IMG/VR virus record: IMGVR_UViG_3300028833_000002
DNA length: 64,000 bases
Reading direction: 5' to 3' (one strand)
DNA from: a virus
Lineage: Duplodnaviria; Heunggongvirae; Uroviricota; Caudoviricetes
In this document: positions 41,466-49,698 of the stretch, piece by piece
Position numbering within the stretch: position 1 is the first letter of the stretch
Layout of the letters: every line of letters begins with the position of its first letter
Program-made: the position numbers and the translations under genes
The notes under the pieces: generated by a model
The model's input: only the letters and a program-made list of their open reading frames with translations
Told to the model about the DNA's origin: nothing
The model's database searches: none

Positions 41466-42602
41466 ATGACGGACGTAAAAATTGTAACTGGATTAAATTA
41501 TGGTGATGAGTCAAAAGGACTCGTTGCCAATGCAGTAAGCACACCTACTTGCCTGAATATCTTACCATCTAATTCTTGTCAGAGAGCACACACAGTAGTT
41601 GAAAATGGAGTGAGAAAAGTGTTCCGTCATTTTGGTAGTGGTACACTTAAAGGAGCGGCTACCTATTTCACAGATAAGTTTCTTGTAAATCCTGCTATGT
41701 TTAGACAGGAATGGGAAGAACTTGCTGCAATGGGTATCACTCCGAAGGTGTATGTACGTTTAGGGGCTATGTGTGTAACTCCTATTGATATGTTTGCAAA
41801 TGTGAATGTTGAGGAACGTCGCGGCGAAAAATCTCATTCATCTACTGGTTGCGGTGTTTGGGAAACTATATGCCGTCATAAGACTTTAGCATTTTCACAG
41901 GGTATGTATGCGTGTGAAGATATAGTTGCATATTATGAAGAAGTCTTAAAAGATAAAAATGGCATTCTGCCGGAAAATGTAAAAGAGTTCTTGCATGGTG
42001 ATTGTCTTAAAGATAATATAAATGAAGACTTTACGTGGTTCTATGAACACGTTACCGTAATTAAAGACCAGTGGGAAGAAACACAACTTCTCCACTCTTA
42101 TCCACTTCTTGTGTTTGAGAATGGTCAGGGATTACTTCTTGATGATAGATATAGCTGCGATATTAACCATAATACCCCGGCATGTGTTGGCATGATAGAA
42201 GCTGAAAGAATACTTAATCAGAATTTTCTTAGAACAGAAGTTAATGTTGAAGCACTTTATGTAACACGTTCATATTACACTCGTCATGGTAAGGGACAGA
42301 TAGGCCTATGGAGTAATTGTGAATGTGATAAGGACGAAATTAATCCATGTATGTTTGATGCCACAAATGTGCCGAACCCAAATCAGGGCACTCTACGTTA
42401 TGGTAAAATTGATGAACTTGAAGCCAAGACAATCGCGGCGAGAGCGGTCAATGATAGTATAAGTCCATTCTTTGATGTTACCACTTCTATGGTGGTTACT
42501 CATTGTAATGAATATATGAATAATTATTTAATTGATGCCGCAAACGACCAGAAATTAAATCTTTATGTTTCTTATGACGAAACTAATATTCGTAAAGTTT
42601 AA
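41466..42602 (+). CDS. adenylosuccinate synthetase family protein (PurA/PurZ-like)
   Basis: GLNYGDESKG, QRAHTV, FENGQGLLLDDRYSCDINHNTP and YYTRHGKGQ match PurA blocks. The protein is short (378 aa). Confidence 0.7.
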   Translation: MTDVKIVTGLNYGDESKGLVANAVSTPTCLNILPSNSCQRAHTVVENGVRKVFRHFGSGTLKGAATYFTDKFLVNPAMFRQEWEELAAMGITPKVYVRLGAMCVTPIDMFANVNVEERRGEKSHSSTGCGVWETICRHKTLAFSQGMYACEDIVAYYEEVLKDKNGILPENVKEFLHGDCLKDNINEDFTWFYEHVTVIKDQWEETQLLHSYPLLVFENGQGLLLDDRYSCDINHNTPACVGMIEAERILNQNFLRTEVNVEALYVTRSYYTRHGKGQIGLWSNCECDKDEINPCMFDATNVPNPNQGTLRYGKIDELEAKTIAARAVNDSISPFFDVTTSMVVTHCNEYMNNYLIDAANDQKLNLYVSYDETNIRKV

Positions 42603-42604
42603 AT

Positions 42605-42634
42605 CTTTACTTTTTTTGAAAAAAGTGATATAAT
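42605..42634 (+). promoter_or_regulatory. promoter family copy driving the tRNA-Leu/His/UAA operon
   Basis: TTTACT-18-GTGATATAAT. Confidence 0.5.
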
Positions 42635-42677
42635 ATATACATAATATGAAAGAGAAATAAAAATCTCTTTCAGTTAT

Positions 42678-42757
42678 GCTCTCGTGGTGGAATTGGTAGA
42701 CACGTATGCCTTAGGAGCATATGTTAATTCGTGTGGGTTCGAGTCCCACCGGGAGCA
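42678..42757 (+). tRNA. tRNA-Leu(UAG), type II
   Basis: The loop is ctTAGga, the variable arm is long, and the T-loop is GTTCGAGTC. Confidence 0.7.
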
Positions 42758-42759
42758 CT

Positions 42760-42831
42760 GTGTACGTAGTGTAATGGTTAACATGGAAGGATGTGGCCCT
42801 TCCGATGTGGGTCCAATTCCCGCCGTACACC
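42760..42831 (+). tRNA. tRNA-His(GUG); CCA encoded at 42832-42834
   Basis: The acceptor is gtgtacg/cgtacac. The loop is atGTGgc. Confidence 0.6.
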
Positions 42832-42835
42832 CCAC

Positions 42836-42909
42836 CCCCCTGTAATCCAACCGGCAGAGATAGCGCTCTTAAACAGCGTCCAGTACCAGTTCAAATCTGG
42901 TCAGGGGGA
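42836..42909 (+). tRNA. type-I (short variable arm) tRNA with anticodon UAA; Gln-like D-arm
   Basis: The acceptor is ccccctg/caggggg. The anticodon arm is gcgct-ctTAAac-agcgt. The T-arm is accag-ttcaaat-ctggt. Confidence 0.5.
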
Positions 42910-43249
42910 CTTTGATATGACAATGTATGCGAAACATGGACTCGATTAATATAGGCGTTAATTCCTCCGCGGGAGCTGCTTCTCCATGTGCTGTAGGCTC
43001 CTCATTGTCACACAAACGCTCCACAGCGAAAGGTGGCGTAATTCATTCTAGGCAACGTCAAAGCCAAATCAGGAGCTTGGTGAATGTCATTAGAGGACAA
43101 GAAAAGAGCATACCTTTTCTATCCCATTCTTAGCCGAATCTTAAACCAAGGCGTGGATGTGGAAGGGCTTGGCCCGGATGGCAACGCAGACCAACTCACG
43201 AGTGTCTAGGCGTTGAGTAGGTTTAACTTCGGTGAAAATGATTATAACG

Positions 43250-43277
43250 GGGCGAGAATTTATCTCGTCCTTTTTTA
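43250..43277 (+). terminator. rho-independent terminator
   Basis: Hairpin gggcgaga/tctcgtcc followed by TTTTTTATTTT. Confidence 0.55.
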
Positions 43278-43299
43278 TTTTGGAAAATTTTAGTTTCTA

Positions 43300-43328
43300 T
43301 TGACTTTTACTTTAAATTGTGTTATAAT
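43300..43328 (+). promoter_or_regulatory. promoter family copy
   Basis: TTGACT-17-TGTGTTATAAT followed by the leader. Confidence 0.6.
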
Positions 43329-43377
43329 ATATATAGAAAGTTAAGAGAAAGATAAAAACAGAAAGGACGTATCGCTT

Positions 43378-43746
43378 ATGTTAGAATACTTTAACTACGA
43401 AAACTTAGAATTCAAGGGTTTAATCTACAGCCAGAACGTTCCACTTGCCGCAGTTAATGAAGATGAACACATCTGTTGCGGTAGACTTACAGCGTTTGTT
43501 AAGGCTTTTAACAGCAAGGGTAGTTTATCAATTGAATACGGTTTCAGCGATGATGACGACTGGGAACAGTTCCGTGGTTTCAGATGCGAAAACGAAGTAG
43601 AACAGAAGCGTATGTTCGAGGAAATCGTTAGAATTACAAAAGACTTTTGTTCGTTCTACAAGGTAGGTTTTATTCCGGACTTCTACGAAGACTGGTCAAA
43701 GGTCGTAGATTCTACTCTCGGTAAGGCTTCAAAGTATGATTATTAA
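43378..43746 (+). CDS. hypothetical protein
   Basis: A promoter copy lies upstream. Confidence 0.5.
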   Translation: MLEYFNYENLEFKGLIYSQNVPLAAVNEDEHICCGRLTAFVKAFNSKGSLSIEYGFSDDDDWEQFRGFRCENEVEQKRMFEEIVRITKDFCSFYKVGFIPDFYEDWSKVVDSTLGKASKYDY

Positions 43747-43765
43747 TTGAAAGGAATATGAAATT

Positions 43766-44053
43766 ATGAAAATGTGTAAGAATTGCAGAAAAGAATATGG
43801 TTGGAGCAGATATGATGAATATTGCTGCAAGGAATGTTGGGAAGCCAATTATTGGGAGAAGGCTCTTGATAGCAAGGCTATTATAATTGGCGGTCATTGT
43901 TATCATGCTTATGGCGGCAAGTTTGATAAGTCAAAGAAGATTAAGATTAGAATGAATGATGGTACGCTTATTGAAACCTATGAACTGTTCGATGGCGGCA
44001 AGATACCGAGAAAGTTCCATATGAAAGATAATGCAAAGTTTGTTAAGTGGTGA
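43766..44053 (+). CDS. Cys-rich protein Confidence 0.45.
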   Translation: MKMCKNCRKEYGWSRYDEYCCKECWEANYWEKALDSKAIIIGGHCYHAYGGKFDKSKKIKIRMNDGTLIETYELFDGGKIPRKFHMKDNAKFVKW

Positions 44054-44068
44054 GCAATCACCACATAT

Positions 44069-44142
44069 GCTCTCGTAGTCCAATGGCAGTAGACAGTGCA
44101 CTCAAAATGCATCCAGTGTGGGTTCGAATCCCATCGAGAGCA
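44069..44142 (+). tRNA. type-I tRNA with anticodon CAA; Gln-like D-arm (paralogue of 42836)
   Basis: The acceptor is gctctcg/cgagagc. The anticodon arm is gtgca-ctCAAaa-tgcat. The T-arm is gtggg-ttcgaat-cccat. Confidence 0.5.
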
Positions 44143-44163
44143 CTTGGAAAAATCTGGTAGGTG

Positions 44164-44192
44164 TTGACTTTTACTTTAGATTGTGTTATAAT
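44164..44192 (+). promoter_or_regulatory. promoter family copy
   Basis: CTGGTAGGTGTTGACT-17-TGTGTTATAAT followed by the leader. Confidence 0.6.
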
Positions 44193-44203
44193 ATATATAG
44201 AAA

Positions 44204-44410
44204 ATGAGAAAGGAAGTAAAAAATATGTTTATTATGAATAATGGCGACCCAAAGAAGAACGCGGCCTCATATCTTTTTTCTTGTAAGAATTGTGGATGTG
44301 AATGGATGGCAGAACGAAAAGAGGTTTCAATTACACCGCCTTGTTTACCATATGCGATTTATATGAAGTGTCCGAATTGTAGAAAGACGGTAGAAGCAAA
44401 GGAGAGATAA
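44204..44410 (+). CDS. zinc-ribbon protein
   Basis: CKNCGC...CPNCRK. Confidence 0.45.
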   Translation: MRKEVKNMFIMNNGDPKKNAASYLFSCKNCGCEWMAERKEVSITPPCLPYAIYMKCPNCRKTVEAKER

Positions 44411-44412
44411 AA

Positions 44413-45534
44413 ATGTTAAAGATTCAGGAGTTTATTTTTGCACATGAAAATTGGCGTGAACTTTTGTCTGCCGCACCATATAATCTTAAAATTACAGAAG
44501 ATGATGGTTTCGTTATCTTTAAGTATAATCAGATAGATTCTGACTTTAACGAAGAAATTTGCAAAGAAGCTCGTGGTCTTATTCTTGACTCTACTGACAA
44601 CTTTAAGGCTGTTAGAATGGCGTTTAAAAAGTTCTTTAATCTCGGGGAATCTCATGCCGCAAAAATTGATTGGAATACTGCGACAGCCGGAGAAAAACTT
44701 GACGGTAGCCTTATGTCTGTATGGTATGCTCGCGGCGAATGGCATTTAAGCACCAATGGTACCATTGATGCCTTTAAAGCTCCACTTAACGGTGTTGGTC
44801 CATACAAGAACTTCGGTGAGTTATTTACTTCTGTAATGCCATTAGATTTCTTCGAAGGTGAACACTTCGGTAAGAACTGGGCAGACTTAAACTTATGTTT
44901 CACTTTCGAGTTAGTTTCTCCTTATAACAAGGTTGTTATAGACTACCCTGAAACAAAGGTATACTTACTTTCTATGCGTGAGATGGACACACTTCACGAA
45001 ATTAGCGGTGATGTAGTTAGAACTTTTGGTAAGATTAACGGCCTCAACCTTCCACAAGAATACAAACTCAGTAATGAAAAGGAATTTTGTGAGCTTGTAG
45101 AGTCTATGCCGGACGGCCATGAAGGTATCGTAGTTCGTGATATGTACAATGAACGTGTAAAGATAAAGACAAAGAGATACTTTGAACTTCATCGTATGGT
45201 TAACAATGGTGTAATTACTATTGAAAGAATTGTAGAATTAATCAAAGCAAATGACTATGAAGAGCTTTTAGCCTACTATCCGGAGATGACAGAAAAATTC
45301 ACAAAAATTATGTATCAGATACAATCCGCTGATGCTTACATCAAAAGAGTAAAGGCAGAAGTTAACACTTGTAAGAAATTTCAGGCCAACCGTAAAGATT
45401 TTGCCGAGTTCGCAAAACAGCAGAAAATCCCGGCATTATACTTCGCCGCGCTGGATGGAAAGATAGACAATTTTGTTGAGAAATTAACCACAAATCAGTT
45501 CATTAAGATGTTTAAGATAGGAGAAGACATATGA
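44413..45534 (+). CDS. RNA-ligase-like nucleotidyltransferase (Rnl1-like)
   Basis: Motif I is GEKLDGS, motif IV EGIVVRD, motif V VKIKTKR. Confidence 0.6.
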   Translation: MLKIQEFIFAHENWRELLSAAPYNLKITEDDGFVIFKYNQIDSDFNEEICKEARGLILDSTDNFKAVRMAFKKFFNLGESHAAKIDWNTATAGEKLDGSLMSVWYARGEWHLSTNGTIDAFKAPLNGVGPYKNFGELFTSVMPLDFFEGEHFGKNWADLNLCFTFELVSPYNKVVIDYPETKVYLLSMREMDTLHEISGDVVRTFGKINGLNLPQEYKLSNEKEFCELVESMPDGHEGIVVRDMYNERVKIKTKRYFELHRMVNNGVITIERIVELIKANDYEELLAYYPEMTEKFTKIMYQIQSADAYIKRVKAEVNTCKKFQANRKDFAEFAKQQKIPALYFAALDGKIDNFVEKLTTNQFIKMFKIGEDI

Positions 45535-45773
45535 CAAAAACAGAATATTACATTTCACTCATTTGCTCGACATTTCTATTAAGCCTTAAAACAATTGGTA
45601 TTCCTTTTATTATCGCCGCGATATGCTTCTTTATCTTCGGCTTTAAGGAATTTCCAATGTGGATTTGGTTTTTAAGTTATGGATTAATGGAGAATTGGAA
45701 AAGCTGTAGGTCAGCATTGAATTTGATGCTGGTTGGTATGAGTAGGATGGATGATAAGGATGGGAAAAATTAA
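45531..45773 (+). CDS. small membrane protein Confidence 0.45.
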   Translation: MTKTEYYISLICSTFLLSLKTIGIPFIIAAICFFIFGFKEFPMWIWFLSYGLMENWKSCRSALNLMLVGMSRMDDKDGKN

Positions 45774-45779
45774 CACCAC

Positions 45780-45808
45780 TTTACAAAAACCTTAATTTAT
45801 GCTATAAT
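45780..45808 (+). promoter_or_regulatory. promoter family copy
   Basis: TTTACA-17-TATGCTATAAT followed by the leader. Confidence 0.55.
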
Positions 45809-45840
45809 ATATATAGAAAATCAGGAAGGAACTAAAAACT

Positions 45841-46146
45841 ATGATGTCATTTGAAAATTTCGACAATTTTATGAACAAACTTATTGATAAGTTTCAGACA
45901 GCAGAAGATTTCTACAATAAAATTGATGCGGCACTTGGTAATTGTGCTTGTGAGCCGATTATCGAGCATAGTGGTCTTTATCTTGCAGTTCAGATTCTTG
46001 CGGCAGCCGTTGGTGATAAGAATGAATGGGTTGAATATTTCTTTTATGAAGCAAACATGAAGCCATTCACGGCCGAGGTAGATGATAGGAAAATTGTAAT
46101 TTGCAATAATCAAGACCTTTATCAGTTAATTTTGGGAGTGATTTAA
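45841..46146 (+). CDS. hypothetical protein Confidence 0.5.
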   Translation: MMSFENFDNFMNKLIDKFQTAEDFYNKIDAALGNCACEPIIEHSGLYLAVQILAAAVGDKNEWVEYFFYEANMKPFTAEVDDRKIVICNNQDLYQLILGVI

Positions 46147-46214
46147 TGAATACGCCGCGATTTCCTTTATATGAATTTATTTCATTTCATTTCATTTAAT
46201 ATTTCTCCTATAAA

Positions 46215-46350
46215 TTTTTTCCAAAGTTGGAAATTTTTTTCCAAGGTATTGAGGAATCATATGGTAATTTTTTTCCAAGGTTGGAAATTTTTTTCCAAGG
46301 TCTTGAAAAATCATATGGAAAATTTTTTCCAAGGTTGGAAATTTTTTTCC
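46215..46350. repeat. iteron array: about 2.5 direct repeats of a ~54-bp unit, each with the inverted repeat TTTCCAAGGTTGGAAA (candidate replication origin)
   Basis: Units run 46215-46267, 46268-46322 and 46323-46350. They are flanked by (ATTTC)x3 and a further TTGGAA...TTCCAA inverted repeat at 46384-46401. Confidence 0.55.
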
Positions 46351-46425
46351 TGTAGTATTTTTATTCCAAAACTACATTATTTTTGGAAGAAAATTTCCAA
46401 ATGATTTTTCGAGAGAGGTGATATA

Positions 46426-46965
46426 ATGACCTACCCAAATCAATTTGAAATGAAAATTATCAAAAAGAGAGAAGAGGAGGTTTTTCTTATGATAGATTGG
46501 AAAGATATTACAACGGCGGGAAATGTTCTATCTGCTTCTGCCTTTAAGTTATTTCTGTATTTATCAAAAAATAAGGACGGATATAACTTTTATTTTAGCC
46601 CTAAAGACTTTATAAATAACTTTGAAATGAGTGACAAGACGTATCGAAACGCACGTTTGGAACTTATAGAAAAAGGATATTTGGTTCAGAATGGAAATAC
46701 GCTGACATTTAATTCTAAAGGGGGATTAAATATAGACCCGGAAAGATTGCGTGAACAAATTCTTGAATTGGATAAAGAATTGGAAGCTATAGATATGCAA
46801 GCGGAAATGGAATATAAAGAATATTTAACCAAAAAGAACCTTAAACAGTTTAAAGAAGATAATATTCCAATCTCTTTATATATCGCGGCATTAAAGGAAG
46901 CCTTAAACCACGGTTATGAAATTAAAAACAAATATAGTTCTGTTGAATTAAAGGATATTATTTAA
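46426..46965 (+). CDS. candidate replication initiator / replisome-organiser N-domain protein
   Basis: It lies immediately downstream of the iteron array. A winged-helix-like segment reads FKLFLYLSKNKDGY...TYRNARLELIEKGYL. Confidence 0.5.
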   Translation: MTYPNQFEMKIIKKREEEVFLMIDWKDITTAGNVLSASAFKLFLYLSKNKDGYNFYFSPKDFINNFEMSDKTYRNARLELIEKGYLVQNGNTLTFNSKGGLNIDPERLREQILELDKELEAIDMQAEMEYKEYLTKKNLKQFKEDNIPISLYIAALKEALNHGYEIKNKYSSVELKDII

Positions 46966-46977
46966 GGGAGGTAAGTA

Positions 46978-47541
46978 ATGATAATTGGGATAGACATCGA
47001 CAACGTTCTAGTCAACACCACAGAGTGTGTGCTGGAATACCTAAACGAACGAACGGGACTTAATCTTAAACTGGAAGACATCAAGACCTACAGCATCGAA
47101 GATTATGTTCCGCCCGAAAACAGATTGCTTGTTCCCGAAGCCTTTGAATCAAAACATATGTGGAAAAAGGTTGACTTCATCGAGGGCGCAACAGAAGCAA
47201 TAAAGAAACTGGTTGAAGATGGTCATGAGATTTATTTTGCTACGGCTACCTTGCCGGAAAACCTTAAAAAGAAAATGAACCATCTTTCAAGGAATCTCGA
47301 TTTTCTTGGACTCGATTACATCAAAAGCCACACAATATGTATCACCAATAAACAGTTGCTTAGGTTTGATGTGATGATAGATGATTTTCTTGGTAATCTT
47401 CGCGGCGAAAGAACGTATGAATCTATTTGTTTGGCTTATCCGTGGAATGAGTTTACAGAAGAAGATGATAAAGATGAACGTCTTTATAGGGTAGATAATT
47501 GGCGTGAAATTTATTTGTTAATAAAGATATTTTTAGGTTAA
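46978..47541 (+). CDS. HAD-family 5'(3')-deoxyribonucleotidase-like
   Basis: The N-terminal motif is GIDIDNVL (DxD). Confidence 0.55.
   Translation: MIIGIDIDNVLVNTTECVLEYLNERTGLNLKLEDIKTYSIEDYVPPENRLLVPEAFESKHMWKKVDFIEGATEAIKKLVEDGHEIYFATATLPENLKKKMNHLSRNLDFLGLDYIKSHTICITNKQLLRFDVMIDDFLGNLRGERTYESICLAYPWNEFTEEDDKDERLYRVDNWREIYLLIKIFLG
47399..47409. repeat. exemplar TTCGCGGCGAA
   Basis: Perfect palindrome inside a CDS. Confidence 0.6.
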
Positions 47542-47553
47542 AGGAGTATTAAT

Positions 47554-48069
47554 ATGTTTGAATATAAAGGCAAAACTTACAAAGGTGCACAGGAATTACT
47601 TGACAACTATCGCAAACTTGATGAGGAGTTTTGGGACTATCATGAAGAAGAAGGCCTTGAAGAAAAACGGCAAAAAGCAGAAGAAGCATGGGACGCTGTG
47701 TTTGCATATTGGATGAAACTTCTTAAAGATGCCACAGTTGGTATGAAGGATGTTTCAGAAGATGAGTATGATGAGGTTTACTACGGTCTGCTTGATGAAA
47801 TTGAGATTCTGGTAGAAGATATAATTGAAGCAGATAGTGCTACTGATTATAAAGTTACATATCGTGATTTGGAAAAGACTTATGAAAATCGCACTTATTA
47901 CTTTGAAGATTTTGCACCTAGTAAGCTCATTTTTGGTATTGATGCTACTTATTCTCCATATTACGGCTGTGAGTTTGATAGATTAAACCCAAAAGCATAC
48001 CTTAAAGTACCAGTAACAAAATATGAATACAGACCAATAGGCACAATGGAGAGTGATGAAGATGAGTGA
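47554..48069 (+). CDS. hypothetical protein Confidence 0.5.
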   Translation: MFEYKGKTYKGAQELLDNYRKLDEEFWDYHEEEGLEEKRQKAEEAWDAVFAYWMKLLKDATVGMKDVSEDEYDEVYYGLLDEIEILVEDIIEADSATDYKVTYRDLEKTYENRTYYFEDFAPSKLIFGIDATYSPYYGCEFDRLNPKAYLKVPVTKYEYRPIGTMESDEDE

Positions 48070-48553
48070 TGAAATTCGTATACCAAAAGCTCTAAAGAGT
48101 CCGGATTATTATATGCATCTTAAAGAAAAGCTAAAGGAACAGCAAGCTAAGATAAAAAACGAAGAAGCGATTGCATATGAAATTCGCGGCGAAATAGAAA
48201 CATATCAGCAAGAAAGATTAAAGTCGCTTGTTGGTAGATATTTTAAGACCAAAGATGGTGATGTATTTGTTGTTGTTGGAGTTCCAAAAGTAAGCTATAC
48301 AATGACAAGTAAACTCTTTAATCCTTATCAGATACCGGTTTTAATAGCCACTTTAGGTCAGAAAAGAGGTATCGTTGTCGGAACAGAAATGTATGTTGAA
48401 GCTGAAACCGTTTTTAGTAGGGCGGTTGATGCAGAAGACCCAGAAGCTAAATTTCTTTCAGAATATACCGAGATAACCAAAGATGAGTTTTTCGCCGCGA
48501 TAATTGATAACTTAACCGGCATTGTTGACGCACTGGAGGAAGACCATGGATAA
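48053..48553 (+). CDS. hypothetical protein Confidence 0.5.
   Translation: MMKMSDEIRIPKALKSPDYYMHLKEKLKEQQAKIKNEEAIAYEIRGEIETYQQERLKSLVGRYFKTKDGDVFVVVGVPKVSYTMTSKLFNPYQIPVLIATLGQKRGIVVGTEMYVEAETVFSRAVDAEDPEAKFLSEYTEITKDEFFAAIIDNLTGIVDALEEDHG
48183..48193. repeat. exemplar TTCGCGGCGAA
   Basis: Perfect palindrome inside a CDS. Confidence 0.6.
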
Positions 48554-48926
48554 ACTAACACATTGCGATAAGATGTTTTATTGTTGTTTAGGCGCAGTAG
48601 CAGATAAAAATAGTTATCGCTTATACAAAGAATATCTTAAATCAAAAGGCGGCACATTAGACCATAAATATGGACACACCTTTGCATACCTAAACATATC
48701 AACAGCCACCGATGATATGTCCTTTGTAAATTCATTTATCAATATGTGCGGAGGCCTACTCCATGATGGACTCATAGTAATGGAAATCCACATTGACGGA
48801 GATTTCTCTGATGCAGTCCACGAATCTATTGTAGACTTTGCTGAATATTGGCTTGGTGAATTTATGGACTATATCGGCACAATTCACAATTCTATTATTT
48901 TTGGTTTGAAGCCTGAAAATATTTGA
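48546..48926 (+). CDS. hypothetical protein
   Basis: ATG 48546 follows a GGAGGA ribosome-binding site. Confidence 0.5.
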   Translation: MDKLTHCDKMFYCCLGAVADKNSYRLYKEYLKSKGGTLDHKYGHTFAYLNISTATDDMSFVNSFINMCGGLLHDGLIVMEIHIDGDFSDAVHESIVDFAEYWLGEFMDYIGTIHNSIIFGLKPENI

Positions 48927-48997
48927 GGGCTTTTCAAAATAAATTACATATTAGTATCGCGGCGAAAACCGTGAAATAAAAATCGAGGTGAATTTGA

Positions 48998-49246
48998 ATG
49001 AAGAAGATTGCACTTGCTGCACTTGTTGCTGTAATGGCAGTTGCTTGCTTCGCTTGCACCGCTCCTGGTTCTGAATCAAGCGATAAGGTAGAAGAAACAA
49101 CTGTAGTATCTGAAACTGTTCTCGAAACAGAAGCAGAAACAACTGTTGAATCTACTGAAGCTGAAACAGAAGCAGAAACAACAGAAGCTGAGACAGTTCT
49201 CGAAACAGAAGCAGAAGTATCTGAATCTGTTCTCGAAACAGAATAA
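48998..49246 (+). CDS. small lipoprotein with Glu/Thr repeats
   Basis: The lipobox is AVAC. ETEAETT repeats are shared with the protein at 17884. Confidence 0.5.
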   Translation: MKKIALAALVAVMAVACFACTAPGSESSDKVEETTVVSETVLETEAETTVESTEAETEAETTEAETVLETEAEVSESVLETE

Positions 49247-49444
49247 TAGCCTAAGAAGGACAACTTTACTCAACTAAACCCCACGTGGAAGTGGTGAAAC
49301 TCCCCGATTGGGATGGTATGGCATCCTAGGAGTGTTGGCTCCACCATACATATTTTGCGGCTTGGTGAAAATAGTTATCACATATCCCTCATAAGGATAA
49401 GTTCAGGGCGCACTTCCCTGAGCCGCGATTTCGAGGTGTATTAT

Positions 49445-49615
49445 ATGAAACAAGACCTTATTGAAATTGAAGCATTTTGTCAAGTAGAAGACTGTTGTTT
49501 TGGCTGTCCTTATGAAGATGAATGTTTTGACCAATTTCTCATGTATGGTTTTATACACGCAAAGGATTGGATGGAACACTTTACCTGTATATTCTATGCG
49601 GAAGGAGAAGTCTAA
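49445..49615 (+). CDS. small Cys-rich protein (56 aa)
   Basis: An internal ATG with a GAGGTG ribosome-binding site. The upstream part of track ORF 49313 looks non-coding. Confidence 0.35.
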   Translation: MKQDLIEIEAFCQVEDCCFGCPYEDECFDQFLMYGFIHAKDWMEHFTCIFYAEGEV

Positions 49616-49635
49616 TTGGAAAAATTTATAAAATA

Positions 49636-49664
49636 TTGACTTTTTCTTAATTTTATGATATAAT
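49636..49664 (+). promoter_or_regulatory. promoter family copy
   Basis: TTGACT-17-TATGATATAAT. The 20 nt upstream are identical to the copy at 54792. Confidence 0.6.
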
Positions 49665-49698
49665 ATATATAGAAAGTTAAGAGAAAGGACTTGAAAGT

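Noticed and set aside
41466-42602. Calling this gene purZ outright
   Set aside because: Only PurA-family membership is visible. No DatZ, MazZ or DpoZ partners are in the window, so the Z-base idea is kept as a hypothesis only.
42836-44142. Reading the CAA and UAA tRNAs on the minus strand, which would give anticodons UUG (Gln) and UUA (ochre suppressor)
   Set aside because: The canonical GTTCRANTC T-loop and the GG-containing D-loop are only on the + strand. The reverse complement does not fold as a tRNA.
46215-46350. CRISPR array
   Set aside because: The repeats are contiguous iterons without unique spacers. They are AT-rich and sit next to an initiator-like gene.
46171-46404. 77-aa + strand ORF (FFQGWKFFSKVL repeats)
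   Set aside because: It is a translation of the iteron direct repeats. It is low-complexity and repetitive, has no ribosome-binding site, and the region is better explained as an origin.
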